This document shows positions 1 to 17,852 of a DNA stretch of 64,000 nucleotides, one piece after another (positions within the stretch are counted from its first letter, which is position 1; each line of letters opens with the position of its first letter). A model generated the notes under the pieces. That model worked only from the letters and a program-made list of their open reading frames with translations. It had not been told where the DNA came from and ran no database searches. This DNA is from the human T2T-CHM13v2.0 reference genome, Homo sapiens. The stretch lies in the NCBI RefSeq assembly GCF_009914755.1, contig NC_060933.1, one strand, 5' to 3'. The position numbers were made by a program, and so were the translations under genes.

Positions 1-912
1 GATCTAACCATTCACATTATCTGCTAGATTTATCTTTGGATAATATTTGACTGTCAAAATAATGACTAATTTTTAATGCTTAAAATGTTTCTTGTGCTGA
101 ACTTCTATTGATGCTTTATTGAGACACAAATTTCTCTATACTGTTTTTTTGTATTCTTTAATTTTTCTCCTTTGACATTTTTTTCTTTGCCCCAAAAATT
201 CTTAGTACATACTCCTCTTTAGAAGTTCTGTCATGAATCAAGTTGCCTAAGATGAAATATCAGGAGAAAGAATTGTCTTATTTCATTTGCCAGATGTTAT
301 TATTTTTTATTATACTTTAAGTTTTAGGGTACATGTGCACAACGTGCAGGTTTGTTACATATGTATACATGTGCCATGTTGGTGTGCTGCACCCATTAAC
401 TTGTCATTTAACATTAGGTATATCTCCTAATGCTATCCTTCCCCCCTCCCCCCTCCCCCCACCCCACGAAAGGCCCCGGTGTGTGATGTTCCCCTTCCTG
501 TGTCCATGTGTTCTCATTGTTCAATTCCCTCCTAAGAGTGAGAACATGCGGTGTTTGGTTTTTTGTCCTTGCGATAGTTTGCTGAGAATGATGGTTTCCA
601 GCATCATCCGTGTCCCTACAAAGGACATGAACTCATCATTTGTTATGGCTGCATAGTATTCCATGGTGTATATGTGCCACATTTTCTTTTTTTTTTAATT
701 TATTATTATTATACTCTAAGTTTTAGGGTACATGTGCACAATGTGCAGGTTAGTTACATATGTATACATGTGCCATGCTGGTGCGCTGCACCTACTAACT
801 TGTCATCTAGCATTAGGTATATCTCCCAATGCTATCCCTCCCCCCTCCCCCCACCCCACAACAGTCCCCAGAGTGTGATGTTCCCCTTGCTGTGTCCATG
901 TGTTCTCATTGT

Positions 913-4753
<3,841 letters not shown>

Positions 4754-4801
4754 TTATTTTGCTCGTTAGTTGATGCAGTTTCTTCCTAGTCTCGATGGTC
4801 T

Positions 4802-5817
4802 TTACATTTTGGCATGATTTTGCAGTGGCTGGTACCAGTTGTTCCTTTCCATGTTTAGTGCTTCCTTCAGGAGCTCTTTTAGAGCAGGCCTGGTGGTGAC
4901 AAAATTTCTCAGCATTTGCTTGTCTGTAAAGGGTTTTATTTTTCCTTCACTTATGAAGCTTAGTTTGGCTGGATATGAAATTCTGGGTTGAAAAGTCTTT
5001 TCTTTAAGAATGTTGAATATTGGTCCCCACTCTCTTCTGGCTTGTAGAGTTTCTGCCGAGAGATCCGCTGTTAGTCTGATGGGCTTCCCTTTGAGGGTAA
5101 CCCGACCTTTCTCTCTGGCTGCCCTTAACATTTTTTCCTTCATTTCAACTTTGGTGAATCTGACAATTATGTGTCTTGGAGTTGCTCTTCTCGAGGAGTA
5201 TCTTTGTGGCATTCTCTGTATTTCTGGAATCTGAATGTTGGCCTGCCTTGCTAGATTGGGGAAGTTCTCCTGGATAATATCCTGCAGAGTGTTTTCCATG
5301 TTGGTTCCATTCTCCCCGTCACTTTCAGGTACACCAATCAGATGTAGATTTGGTCTTTTCACATAGTCCCATATTTCTTGGAGGCTTTGCTTGTTTCTTT
5401 TTATTCTTTTTTCTCTAAACTTCCCTTCTCGCTTCATTTCATTCATTTCATCTTCCATCACGGATACCCTTTCTTCCAGTTGATCGCATCGGCTCCTGAG
5501 GCTTCTGCATTCTTCACGTAGTTCTCGAACCTTGGTTTTCAGCTCCATCAGCTCCTTTAAGCACTTCTCTGTATTGGTTATTCTAGTTATACATTATTCT
5601 AAATTTTTTTCAAAGTTTTCAACTTCTTTGCCTTTGGTTTGAATGTCCTCCAGTAGCTCAGAGTAATTTGATCGTCTGAAGCCTTCTTCTCTCAGCTCGT
5701 CAAAGTCATTCTCCATCCAGCTTTGTTCCACTGCTGGTGAGGAACTGCATTCCTTTGGAGGAGGAGAGGCACTCTGCTTTTTAGAGTTTCCAGTTTTTCT
5801 CCTCTGTTTTTCCCCAT
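4802..5817 (-). pseudogene. L1 ORF1p, disrupted
   Basis: ATG at 5817 is followed by only five A's (ATGGGGAAAAACAG, a -1 frameshift). In-frame TAA at 5596-5594. The C-terminal 248 aa (MELKTK...QNHAKM) is open. Confidence 0.92.
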
Positions 5818-6729
5818 CTTTGTGGTTTTATGTACTTTTGGTCTTTGATGATGGTGATGTACAGATGGGTTTTTGGTGTGGATGTCCTTTCTGTTTGTTA
5901 GTTTTCCTTCTAACAGACAGGACCCTCAGCTGCAGGTCTATTGGAGTACCCAGCCGTGTGAGGTGTCAGTCTGCCCCTGCTGGGGGGTGCCTCCCAGTTA
6001 GGCTGCTCAGGGGTCAGGGGTCAGGGACCCACTTGAGGAAGCAGTCTGCCCGTTCTCAGATCTCCAGCTGCATGCTGGGAGAACCACTGCTCTCTTCAAA
6101 GCTGTCAGACAAGGACATTTAAGTCTGCTGAGGTTACTGCTGTCTTTTTGTTTGTCTGTGCCCTGCCCCCAGAGGTGGAGCCTACAGAGGTAAGCAGGCC
6201 TCCTTGAGCTGTGGTGGGCTCCACCCAGTTCGAGCTTCCCAGCTGCTTTGTTTACCTAATCAAGCCTGGGCAATGGCGGGCGCCCCTCCCCCAACCTCGC
6301 TGCCGCCTTGCAGTTTGATCTCAGACTGCTGTGCTAGCAATCAGTGAGACTCCATGGGCATAGGACACTCTGAGCCATGTGCGGGATATAATCTCCTGGT
6401 GTGCCGTTTTTTAAGCCCGTCAGAAAAGCGCAGTATTCGGGTGGGAGTGACCTGATTTTCCAGGTGCCGTCCTTCACCCCTTTCTTTGACTAGGAAAGGG
6501 AACTCCCTGACCCCTTGCACTTCCCAAGTGAGGCAATGCCTCGCCCTGCTTCGGCTCGCACACGGTGCGCTGCACCCACTGTCCTGCGCCCACTGTCTGG
6601 CACTCCCTAGTGAGATGAACCTGGTACCTCAGATGGAAATGCAGAAATCACCCATCTTCTGCATCTCTCACGCTGGGAGCTGTAGACTGGAGCTGTTCCT
6701 ATTTGGCCATCTTGGCTCCTCCCCTCCCT
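5818..6729 (-). promoter_or_regulatory. L1 5'UTR sense/antisense promoter; YY1 site intact; ORF0 truncated
   Basis: YY1 motif AAGATGGCC (plus-strand ggccatctt at 6705-6713). ORF0 ATG at 6273 (+), MAGAPPPTSLPPCSLISDCCASNQ, then TGA at 6345-6347. Confidence 0.85.
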
Positions 6730-7309
6730 CATTTTCTTAATCAGATGTTATTTTATAAAGTGGATATGAAAGTTACTGAAGTTAACAGGAGATATATTAT
6801 AGATCTTATCTATACTATATTGTCTTATCTATAGTGTACCTTCCAGAATAAACTGTATCTAACTTACAGCAAAACTTTAATATAAATCATCTTATGACCT
6901 GAAGAAGGTCATTTGGGAGGATGGCAAAAGTAATTCTAATCAGTAAACAGACATAGGCTTAACTATCAACCTTGACATCTTAAATAATTCTAACCCCTGT
7001 AAGCCATGGTCACAGCTGAAAAATAGGGATGATAACACTAACATATGAACTCACAATGTCAATCTCCTGCTTCCCTATCTCTTCCTTGGTATTTCCCAAA
7101 GTAACCATCCCCAGTGATAGCTCCAACAAACAGAGCTATGCCTCCCATAAAACCTTCATATCTTGCTCACATGATGCTCAATTTGTGGTCTCATTTACAA
7201 GTAAAAAAATAACAGGTAAGAGGAGATAATCAAAGAGACAGATATTTATTTTATTTGAAATATATGAAACAAACTACCTGACATTTTCTGTAATGAAAAC
7301 AATTTTAAT

Positions 7310-9470
7310 CAGGATTTTGAGATTGCCAGAGAAGTCAGGCAAGGGAAATAAATAAAAGACATCCAAATTTGAAATGAAGAATTCAAGCTGTTCCTCTTTG
7401 CTGATGATATGATGTTATATCTAGAAAAACCTAAAGACCCCATAAAAAATCTCTCAGATTTGTTTAAATGAGTTCAGTAGAGTTGCAGTTTATAAAATCA
7501 TTGTGCAAAAATCAGTAGCATTTCTGTACACCAATAATGAACTAGTTTATAAATAAATTAAGAAGGCAGTCTCATTTATAATGGCTACAAAAAAAATAAA
7601 ATACCTAGGATAAATTTAACCAAGGAAGTGAAAGATTTCTACAAGAAAAACCCCAAAACACTATTGAAAGAAATTGAAGATGACACAAACAAATGGAAAA
7701 ATATCCCATGTTAATGGATTGAAAGAATCAATATCATTAAAATAAGCATAATTCCCAAAACAATCTACAGATTCAATACATTCTCTATCAAAATATTTTT
7801 ATTCTTCACAGAATTAGAAAAAAACAAAATTTATATCCAATCAAAAAAGAGTCTAAACAGTCAAAATAATTCTGAGCAAAAAGGATAAAGTTGGAAGCAT
7901 CATACTACCTGACTTAAAAATATATCACAAGGCTCTAGTAACCAAAACAGCATGATATTGGCATAAAAATGGGCAAATAGATGGATGGAATAGGATAGAG
8001 AACCTAGAAATAAAGCCATATATTTATAGCCAATTGATCTTCAACAAAGCCAACAAGAACGTACCTTGGGGAACAGATGCCCTCTTTAATATATGGTGCT
8101 GAGAAAATTGTATAGCCACATACAGAAGAATTAAACTGGACCCCTGTCTCTCACCATGCACAAAAGTCAATTCAAAATGGATTAAATATTTAAATATAAG
8201 ACCTGAAACTATAAAAATACTCAAAGAAAACCTAGGAAAAACTTAGACCAGGACATTGGTCTAAGGAAAGAATTTATGACTAAGAAACAAAAAGCCTCGA
8301 AAGCACAGGCAGCAAAAGCAGAATGTAGACAAATGGGACTTAATTAAACTAACAAGCTTCGGAATAGCAAAAAAAAAAAAAAATCAAAACAGTGAAGATG
8401 CAACCTGTTGAATAGATAAAAATATTTGCAAACTATTCTGACAGGTGACTAATATCCAGAAATACAAGGAATTCAAACAACTCAACAGAAAAAGTAATAA
8501 TAATAATAATTCCATTAAAAAGTGGGCAAAGGACATGAATAAACATTTCTCAAAAGAAGGCATACAAAGGCTAACAGGTATACAAAAAAATCTCAACATC
8601 ACTAATCACCAGAAAAATGCAAATCAAAACCACGGTGAGGCTGGGTGCAGCGGCTCACGCCTGTAATGCCAGCACTTCGGGAGGCCAAGGCAGGAAGATC
8701 ACTTGAGCTCAGGAGTTCGAGACCAGCCTGGGCACCATGGTGAGACAGAGTCTCTACAAAAACTACAAAAAATTAGCCAAGCGTGGGTGGCACATGCCTG
8801 TGGTCCTAGATAGGAGGATGGCTTGAGCTCAGGAGGCAGAAGTTGTGATGAGCTAAGATCATGCCACTCCACTCCAGCCTGGGCAACAGAGATCCTGTCT
8901 CAAAGGAAAAAAAAAAACCACAGTGAGATTTCATCTCACACAAGTCAGAATAGCTATTGTTAAAAAGCCAAAAAACAGACGTTGGTGAGAATGCACAGAA
9001 AAGGAAGCTCTTATACACTTTTGGTGGGAACATAAACTAGTACAACCACTATGGAAAACACTATGGAGATCTGTCAAAAACTAAAAATAGAATCACTGTT
9101 CAATCTAGCAATCCCATTACTGGGTATCTACCCAGAGAAAAAGAAATCGATATATCAAAAAGACATCTTCACTTGCCTGTTTATTGCAGCACTATTCACA
9201 ATGTCTACCAGATGGAATCGTAAGTGTTCATCAACAAATGAATGGATAAATAAAATGTGCCATATCTGCACAATGGAATAATATTCAGCCATTAAAAAGA
9301 GTAAAATGACACCATTTGCAGCAACATGGATGGAATTGAAGGTCATTATTGTAAGTGAAATAAGCTAGGCACAAAAAGACAAGAATCACATGTTCACACT
9401 TATATGTGGGACCTAAAAATTTTCAACACATGGAGGTAGAGAGTAGAAAAATAGATAACAGAGACTGGAA
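7310..9470 (+). mobile_element. Old L1 (L1MA-type), ORF2 3' half and start of 3'UTR
   Basis: Degenerate RT (ctctttgctgatgatatg = LFADDM) through to an L1MA-like 3'UTR. No poly(A); interrupted by an Alu. Confidence 0.85.
8639..8913 (+). mobile_element. AluJ-like with ~20-bp deletion in the right arm
   Basis: Alu dimer with A-tail. TSD aaaaccac(g/a)gtga at 8626-8638 and 8914-8926. Confidence 0.9.
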
Positions 9471-10233
9471 AAGAAATATGGTGGTGCATTTCCTAGTTGT
9501 TCTTTTTGTCTCAGATATTCCAGATTTGAAGCTGAAAAAGTTGGCAACACGGAAACAGATACAGTCACACAAAACAGCTCCAAAATAAGACTCGACTCAA
9601 AATTAGTGAAAGGACCAGGTCAAAAGCAGCCTAGAATTATTTTTAGATAATAACCATTCTGTTGCAGCCAAACACCAGAGAAAAAAATGGTGGATTCACC
9701 CCACTCTCATCAGCAAATACTAAGTGAAGAGCCTATACTTCCATCCTTGGGAGGCTGCAAGAAGGGACCCCAGCAACCACCAAGGTTATGTCAGAGAAGA
9801 CCAACTAGGGAGCTGAGACTTTCATTCCCACTGGCCAGTAATGAGGTGATCACTCCCATTTCCACTTCCACATATGGTGTCAAAGAAGACCATATGGGCA
9901 TCCTGGCCTTCGACCTTCACCAGGAAGTAACAAATAAACCCAAAGCAAACATAAAGAGGAAATAATGAAAATAAAAGCAAAAAGCAATTAAATCGAAACA
10001 GAAGAATAGTACAGAAAAAGCAATAAAACAAAAAGCTAGCATTTTGAAAATGTCAATGCAATTAGCAAACCTCTAGCAAGACTGACAGAGAGAAGGAAAG
10101 AGAAGACACAAATGATTATCAGGTATCCAAAGGATACTTGAAGACATCAAAAGGAATACTACTAACAACTCTGCATATATAAATTTGAAAACTTAGACAA
10201 AACTGACAAATTTCTTTAGAAACACAAACCATC

Positions 10234-10697
10234 TGACAAAGATTCTTTACTTGGCCAAGCTTTAGTGAGGCTTCCGAACCTTCTGCTAGTCCCATCTGTG
10301 TACTTCCTTGTAAAGTCCAATTTTAGCAAAGAACACTGCTAAGTCGTTTTGAAAAGAATCCCCCATGTTCCATATGTGATCAGGCTCCTCACCCTCTGCC
10401 ATCCTCCAAGTGATGTCTGATCACACTGGCTTGCCTTCAGCAAGAATCCTGTTAGGTTGGTTTAGCCAGAATCCCCTTGACTCCTGATGTTTCCTCTTAG
10501 TAATTTTCCATCCACTGATCCCCACAATGTTTCTTGGCTATAAATTTCTTCTTGCTTATGCTTATTCAGAGTTGAGCCAATGTCTCTCCCCAACTGCAAG
10601 ACCCCATTACAATGGTCCCTATACCCATCACAGTGGTCCTGAATAAAGTCTTCCTTACCACACTTTACAAGTATCATTGAATAATTTTTCTTTAACA
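10234..10697 (+). mobile_element. MER31-type ERV1 solo LTR
   Basis: TGACAAAGATTCT...CTTTAACA termini; AATAAA near 10642. Confidence 0.8.
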
Positions 10698-11055
10698 CAC
10701 TACAATTCATCCAATATGAAATTGAAATTTTGAATAGCCTTATAACTATTAAGAAAATTGAATTTGTAATTTTAAAAACTCCTCAAGAAGAAATCTTTAG
10801 GTCCAGATGCTTTCACCAGAAAATTCTACCAAATGTTTAGATAATAATTAACATTGATTCTACATAATAATTCTAGAAAATAAAAGGGAAGGGAATACAT
10901 TATACAACATTCTATAAAAGAGAAAGGAACACTTCCCAATTCATTTAATTAAGCTAGTATTACTCTGATACCAAAGCCAGAAAAAGACAGTACAAAAAGG
11001 TAAAATACCAATGCCTCTCGTTAATATAGATGCAAAAATCTTCAACATAATATTA

Positions 11056-11189
11056 TGTTTTGGGGTTTTCTCTTTAAAGGTGGGGTCTCACTATATTGCC
11101 CAGGCTAAATTCAAACTTCTAGGGTCAAGTGATGCTCCCACTTCAGCCTCCAGAGTAGCTGGCACTACAGGTACACACCATACCTAGCC
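11056..11189 (-). mobile_element. FLAM (free left Alu monomer)
   Basis: Alu monomer; TSD caacataatatta at 11043-11055 and 11190-11202. Confidence 0.85.
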
Positions 11190-11430
11190 CAACATAATAT
11201 TAGCACATAGAATTCATCAATATACAAAACAGAGTTATACATCATCACCAAGTGGTAATTATTTCTGGAAGGCTTCAATACATGAAGTGCAATCAGTGTA
11301 ACCCATTATATTAGCAGACTACAGAAGAACAAAAAAAAATCACAAAAATCAATGCAGAAAAAGCAGTGACATAATTCAACACCTATCGATGACTTTAATT
11401 TTTTTTTTCAGAAAATTAAGAATAGAGGGG

Positions 11431-11804
<374 letters not shown>

Positions 11805-12181
11805 CTAGAAGATTGGAACAATGCAAGGATGTTTTGTTGAGCATAGTACTGGAAGTTCTAGCTAGAGCAACAGGCAAGAAAAAGAAGCAAAAGACACATA
11901 TATCACAAAGGAGTAAATAAAAGTGTTTGAAGATTACATGATTGTCAACTTAGAAAATGGCAAGGAATCTATCAAAAAAAAAACCTCATAAAATAAATGA
12001 CTTCAGCAAGGTCACAGAATACAAGAAAACATACAAAATAAGTTCTGTTTCTACATACTAGCAATGAACATGTGAACAAAATTAATAATTCAACACCATT
12101 TATAATTGCTCAAAAAATAAATATTTAGGTGCAAATCTAGCAAAACATGTACAGGACATGTATGCTAAAAACTGCAAAACT

Positions 12182-12297
12182 AAAGAAAAAGAAGAGGAAG
12201 AAGGAGAGAGTGAAGGAAAGGATAGGAAAAAAGAAAAGGAAGGAAGAAAGGGAGAGAGGGAGGGAAGGAAGGCCAGAGAGGAAAGGAGAGAGAGAGA
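12182..12297 (+). repeat. GA-rich purine low-complexity tract
   Basis: Almost purine-only (GGAA/GA/GAA motifs), inside L1. Confidence 0.85.
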
Positions 12298-13234
12298 TCT
12301 AAATAAATGGAAAGATGTACTGTACTCACAGATCAAAAGACTAAATCTATAAAGATATCAATTCTCCTCAAACTGATGTATAGGTTTAACACAATTTATA
12401 TCAAAATCCCAGCAATATCCTTTTATATAGAGAGAAGATTATTCTAAAATTTATATGAAAAGTAAAAGGAACTAGAATAGTAAAACAATTTTGAAAGAGA
12501 AAAATAAAATGTAAAAAATCATCTACCAAACTTCAAGATTTATCGTATAGCTACAGTAATCAGTTCTGTGATATTGCCTGAGTGATAAGCACAATAGAAC
12601 AGAACAGAAAACCCAGAAATAGACTCTTAAATATGCTCAACTGGTTTTTGACAAAAGTACAAAAGCAATTCAATGAAGATAGCCTGCTGAATAAATGGTG
12701 TTCAGAAACTAGACATCCATAAGCAAAACAAAAAAAGAAACATATACAAAAATTAATCCAAATGGGTTATAGAGTTAGATGTAAATTATAAAACGTAAAA
12801 TTTTAAGAAAAATATAGGAAAAAAATCTTCAGGTTATAGGCCTAGGCAAGGGTTCTTATACTTGACATTAAAAACATGATTTTTTAAAAAAGCTTCATGA
12901 ATTAGACTCCATCAACATGAAAAACTTTTGCTTTGCAAAAGACTCCATTAAAAGAATAAAAAGACAAATTACAACCTTGGAGAAAATATTTTCAAACCAC
13001 ATATTTGACAAAAGGCAAGTATGTAATTAACTCTCAAATCTCAACAGTAAAGAAAAAAACACACAGACATTTCATCAAAGAAGATATACAGATGGCAAAC
13101 CAACATATGAAAATATGTTTCACATCATTAGCCATTAAGGAAATTAGGAATGTGATGAGTACTGTATGCCTATCAGAATAGCTAAAATGAAAATAGTGAC
13201 AATATCAAATGCTTGTGAGAATGTGAAGAAACTG

Positions 13235-13501
13235 TGTATTAGTTCGTTTTCACGCTGCTGATAAAGAAATTACCAAGACTGGGCAATTTACAAAAGAAAG
13301 AAAGTTTCACTTTGCAGGGAAACTCCTCTTTATAAAACCATCAGATCTCATGAGACTTATTCACTATCATGAGAATAGTACAGAAAAGACCCGCCCCCAT
13401 GATTCAGTTACCTCCCACCAGGTCCCTATTACAACACGTGGGAATTGTGGGAGTTACAATTCAAGGTGATATTTGGGTGGGGACACAGCTAAACCGTATC
13501 A
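13235..13501 (-). mobile_element. THE1 MaLR solo LTR, internally deleted
   Basis: tgtattagttcgttttcacgctgctgataaaga...aaaccgtatca; TSD aactg/aacag; only 267 bp. Confidence 0.85.
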
Positions 13502-14321
13502 AACAGGATCACATATACATTGCTAGTGTGAAGATAAAATGGTACAGCCTCTCTGGAAAACAGTTTGGCAGTTTCTTAAAAGAACTGCACATGCAATGTT
13601 CATATGACCCAGGGACTGCACTGCTATCCCAGAGAAATGAAGACTTATGCTTACACAAAAAGAAATCTACATGGATTTTTATTGCAGCTTTATTTGTAAT
13701 TGCAAAAAACTGGAAACAACCCAGATGTCCTTCAATGGGTAAATGATTTAAAAACTGTGGTATATCCATATCATGTAATACTACACAGAAATAAAAAGGA
13801 ACAAACTACCAATGCATACAATTTGAGTGAATCTCCAGAGAATTTTGCTAAGTGAGAAAACAAATCCAAAAAGTTATATACTGTATGATTCCATTCTATA
13901 AGATTCTTGATGTGACAAAGAAAGGGAGACTAGCTTAGTAATTGACAGGAGCTAAGGAAGGTATTTAAGTGGAAGGGAAATGGCTATAAAAGGACAACAT
14001 GGGGGATTTGTTGTGGTGATGGAAATGCTCTGTATCTATCTTGACTGTATCAATGTCCACATGCAGATTATAATGTTGTTCAAAACTATTGTATCATAGT
14101 TTTGCAAGGTATTACCAGGGGGATAATGGGTAAAGTATATACAAGGTCTCTCTGTATTATATCTCACAACTGAATGTGAACCTACCATTATTTCACAATA
14201 AAACGTTTAATTAACACACACAATATATATATATAAATAGTTTGCCAAGATGCCTTGTCTTTTTCTTTCAGATGAACATATAGACCTGTTTTATTTAGGT
14301 GACTACTTAATCTATTCACTC

Positions 14322-14636
14322 ATTTTTTTAATTTCAACTTTTATTTTAGATACAGGGGTAAATGTGCAGGTTTGTTATATAGGTATATTGGACCAAGGTA
14401 GTGAGCACAGTATTCAATAGATAGTTTTTTAACCCATGCATCACCCCCTACCTCGCCAGCTAGTAGTCCACAGTGTCTGTTCCCATGTTTTGGTCCATGT
14501 GTGCTTAATGTTTAGCTCCCACTTATAAGTGAGAACATGTAGTATTTAGTTTTCTGTTCCTGAGTTAATTCGCTTATGATTATGGCCTGGAGCTCCATCC
14601 ATGTTGCTGCAAAGGACAAGATTTCTTTTTTTTATG
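14322..14636 (-). mobile_element. L1PA (old, ~PA14-16) 3' end
   Basis: T-rich tail plus L1 3'UTR (ggggtaaatgtgcaggtttgtta...gtgagaacatgtagtattt). Confidence 0.8.
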
Positions 14637-15029
14637 AAAAGCCATGCCTTTATTCCTGATAACTCAGATACTCATTAAGCTCTTGATCCTAAGTGCGAAC
14701 TCAGGGCTTCACAGCCAGATTGGTGGGCCCAAATTTGGCCAGCTGTCTGACTGACAGACATTGTTTTGACTTTGAACTAACGTCACTGGAAATGTAGTAA
14801 GTCTTGGTTATCTGTAGAGCTCACTAAATAGTATTTGTCAGCCAGTTTGTCTATTGGGGAAATTTTTTCTGATGTGATGTCATGATTTACTATGATTTTT
14901 TGAACCAAATCAATATCTCAGCAGTTTTTTCCTGTATCAGTTATCATCCAAGCCCCAAACAATAGTTGTCAAACACGGATGAATATTGGAATTGCAGAGG
15001 AGCAACGAACTCAATTGGTTGGAGCTAAG

Positions 15030-15100
15030 ACTCAAACATTAGTATTATTTAGAAGCTCACCAGGACATCCACATACAGCCAGAGGTGAGAACCACTGATC
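15030..15100. mobile_element. MER5-type hAT fragment
   Basis: aagctcaccaggacatcc...gagaaccactg end motif. Confidence 0.5.
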
Positions 15101-15149
15101 CAAAACAAATAGACAAAAAGCCACAATTACATTGAAGAGAAAATGATCA

Positions 15150-15750
15150 ATACCTACAGATTCAAAAAAATAGCAGCCAAGGTTGGCAAGATGAGGAAAA
15201 ATCTCCATTCTCATTCATTGCTAGAGAGAGAACGAAATAATTTTCAAACTTTTCTGAAGGGCAATTTTGCATCTCTGTGGAAATATTCATAGAAATTAAT
15301 CTTACAAATCTTCTAGCAATCTAAGGAAAATCATGGGATGAGTGATGATATCCAGCTACATAATGTTAATTGCCATATTGTTTATAAAATGTCAAGACTG
15401 ATGGCAACCTTAATGTCCAATAATGACGGAGTGGATAAATAAATGATTCCATTGTGCATTATAATCATGGAATATTACAAAGTCATCAAAAATAGAATTT
15501 TAAAATAATATGTAATTATGTGGAAAGATGTGAACAACACACTAAACTGTGGGAAATAGATTACTAAACAACATGCACATTATGGCCACATTTTTGTTAA
15601 ATAAGCATCATGCATTTATGCATAAAAATAGACACCCAAATGTTCTCACTGGTAATTGCAATAAGACAGGATTGGACATATTTCTTCATGCTTGCCCATA
15701 TTTTCTAAACTCCCCAAATACACATATATTAGTGAAAAAAATAAATTGTT
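15150..15750 (+). mobile_element. Ancient L1ME-type 3' fragment
   Basis: Degenerate L1 3' motifs (caaccttaatgtccaataa...catggaatattac). Confidence 0.55.
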
Positions 15751-16159
15751 TTAAGAAGTATACAACAAGAAAATGGCCAAATCTATGCTAACATACATGG
15801 ATGAAAAACATGGTCCAGAGTCTATTCTGAGACTTCAACCAGGAATAGTCAAGAGTTTGTAAACATGCTGTGGAAAGCTCTGACTGCTAAGTGAAAATCA
15901 AATATAAAATGTCCTGGTAGATGGAAGCAGGGCCCATGTCATGAAAACCAGCTCCATGTAATTCCAAGATGTTCAAGTAGCATCTTTTTCAACTACCCTT
16001 AACAAGCACTAGTTGTCACCCCATAGCCTGACAGCTTTTCGCTAATGTTTATTGAGCTCCATACTATGTCCAAGGCACTGTATTCAGGTGGAGGATCCCA
16101 AATGAGTAAGATGCATTTGATTTCTCAAATGCTTTGCAGTCTGGTGCAGCAAAATTGCA

Positions 16160-17030
16160 TTAATACTGCAAAAAAACTCCATATACACTTCATCCAGATT
16201 CACAAATTGCTAAAATTTGGCCACATTTGCTTTATCATGGTCTTTCCCTTCCCATATATGTACATAATTTTTTTACCATATGAGAATAAGTTGTAAGTGT
16301 CATATTTCAGTGAATATTTTTCAAGAACAAGGACATGTAGGCCCAGGTGTAGTGGCTCATGCCTTAATCCCAACAATTTGGGAGACCGAGGTTGGAAAAT
16401 TGCTTGAGCCCAGGAGTTTGAGAACAGCCTGGACAACATAGCCATACCTCATCTCCACAAATTAAAAATATATATATTCGCCTGGCATGGTGGCATGCAG
16501 CTAGTTGGTCCCAGTTACTCAAGAGGCAGAGAGGAGGATCACCTGAAACCAGCAGTTTGAGGCTACAGTGAGCCTTGATCGTGCCACTGCACTCCAGCAT
16601 GGATGACAGAGTGACACCCTGTCTGAAAAACAAAAGAAAACAAAAACAAAAACAAAAAGGACATGAAGGTATATAACCACAGTATAATTATCAATGTCAA
16701 CGAATTTACATTGCTACAATATTATTATCAAATTGAAGACCTTATTAAAAATTTACTGGTTGTCTCAATAATGTCCTTGTTTTTTAATAGATATTTCTGG
16801 TTCAGAATGCAAGCTAGGTTGACACACTGCATTTAGTTTTCATGTCCCTTTTGTCTCCTTTAATCTTCCTTGACATTTTGAAGACTATACGGCATTTATT
16901 TTAAAGAATGTTCCTCAATTTGGGTTTGTCTGATCTTTCTCATGATTAGATTCAGGTCATAAGTTCTTGGCAGGAACACTACCTAAGTGATGTATGTCTT
17001 CCTCAGCGCATCACATAAGAAGGTACATGA
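16160..17030 (-). mobile_element. L1MC4/5-type 3' fragment (hosts an Alu and the L1PA16-like insertion)
   Basis: Degenerate L1MC 3'UTR motifs (cacactgcatttagttttcatgtcc, tttctcatgattagattcagg). Confidence 0.6.
16340..16656 (+). mobile_element. AluJ
   Basis: Diverged dimer, (CAAAAA)n-like tail, TSD aaggacatg. Confidence 0.9.
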
Positions 17031-17852
17031 CAGTCTAAGAGTCAAATCAAGAACACAGTCTCATTTACAATAGCCACAAAGAAAATGAAATACCTAGAAA
17101 CACAGCTAAGCAAGCAGGTGAAAGATCTCTGCAAGGAGAGCTACATAACTGCTGAAAGCAATCAAAGACAAGACAAACAAATGGAAAAGCATTCCATGCA
17201 AAAAATCTGTATAATTAAATGACCATACTGTTCAGAGCAATTTATAGATTCAGTGTTATTCCTATCAAACTACCAACATCATTCTTCACAAATTAGTAAA
17301 AACTATTCTAAAATCCATATGGAACCAAAAAACAGTCCGAATAGCCAAAGCAATCCTAAGCAAAAGGAACAAAGCAAGAGACATCAAATTACTTGACTTT
17401 GACTATACTATAAGGCTACAGTAACCAAATAGTAAAGATGTGGGATCAACACAGGTGCCCATCAGTGGTGGATTGGGTAAAGAAAATGTGGTACATATGC
17501 ACGATGGAATACTACACAAGAACATAAAAAGGAGCAAGATCATGTGCTCTGTAGCAACATGGATGGAGCTAGAGGCCATAAATCCTAAGTGAATTAATGC
17601 AGGAACAAAAAACCAAATACCACATTTTTTCACTTGTAAGTGTAAGCTAAACATTGAGCACACATGGACATAAATATGGGAACAATAGACACTGCAGGCT
17701 ACTAGGAGAGGAGGGAGGGCAGTGGGCATGGCTTGAAAAACTACCTATTGGGTACTATGCTCACTATCTGGGAGCAATATACCCATTTAACAAACCTGCA
17801 CATGTACCCCCTATATCTAAAATAAAAATTGAAGTCAAAAAATAAAAAATAA
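17031..17852 (+). mobile_element. 5'-truncated L1PA15-17-type with internal deletion
   Basis: ORF2 segment 17035-17430 jumps to the ORF2 end and 3'UTR. A-tail. TSD-like agaaggtacatga / agaaggcacgtga. Confidence 0.8.
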
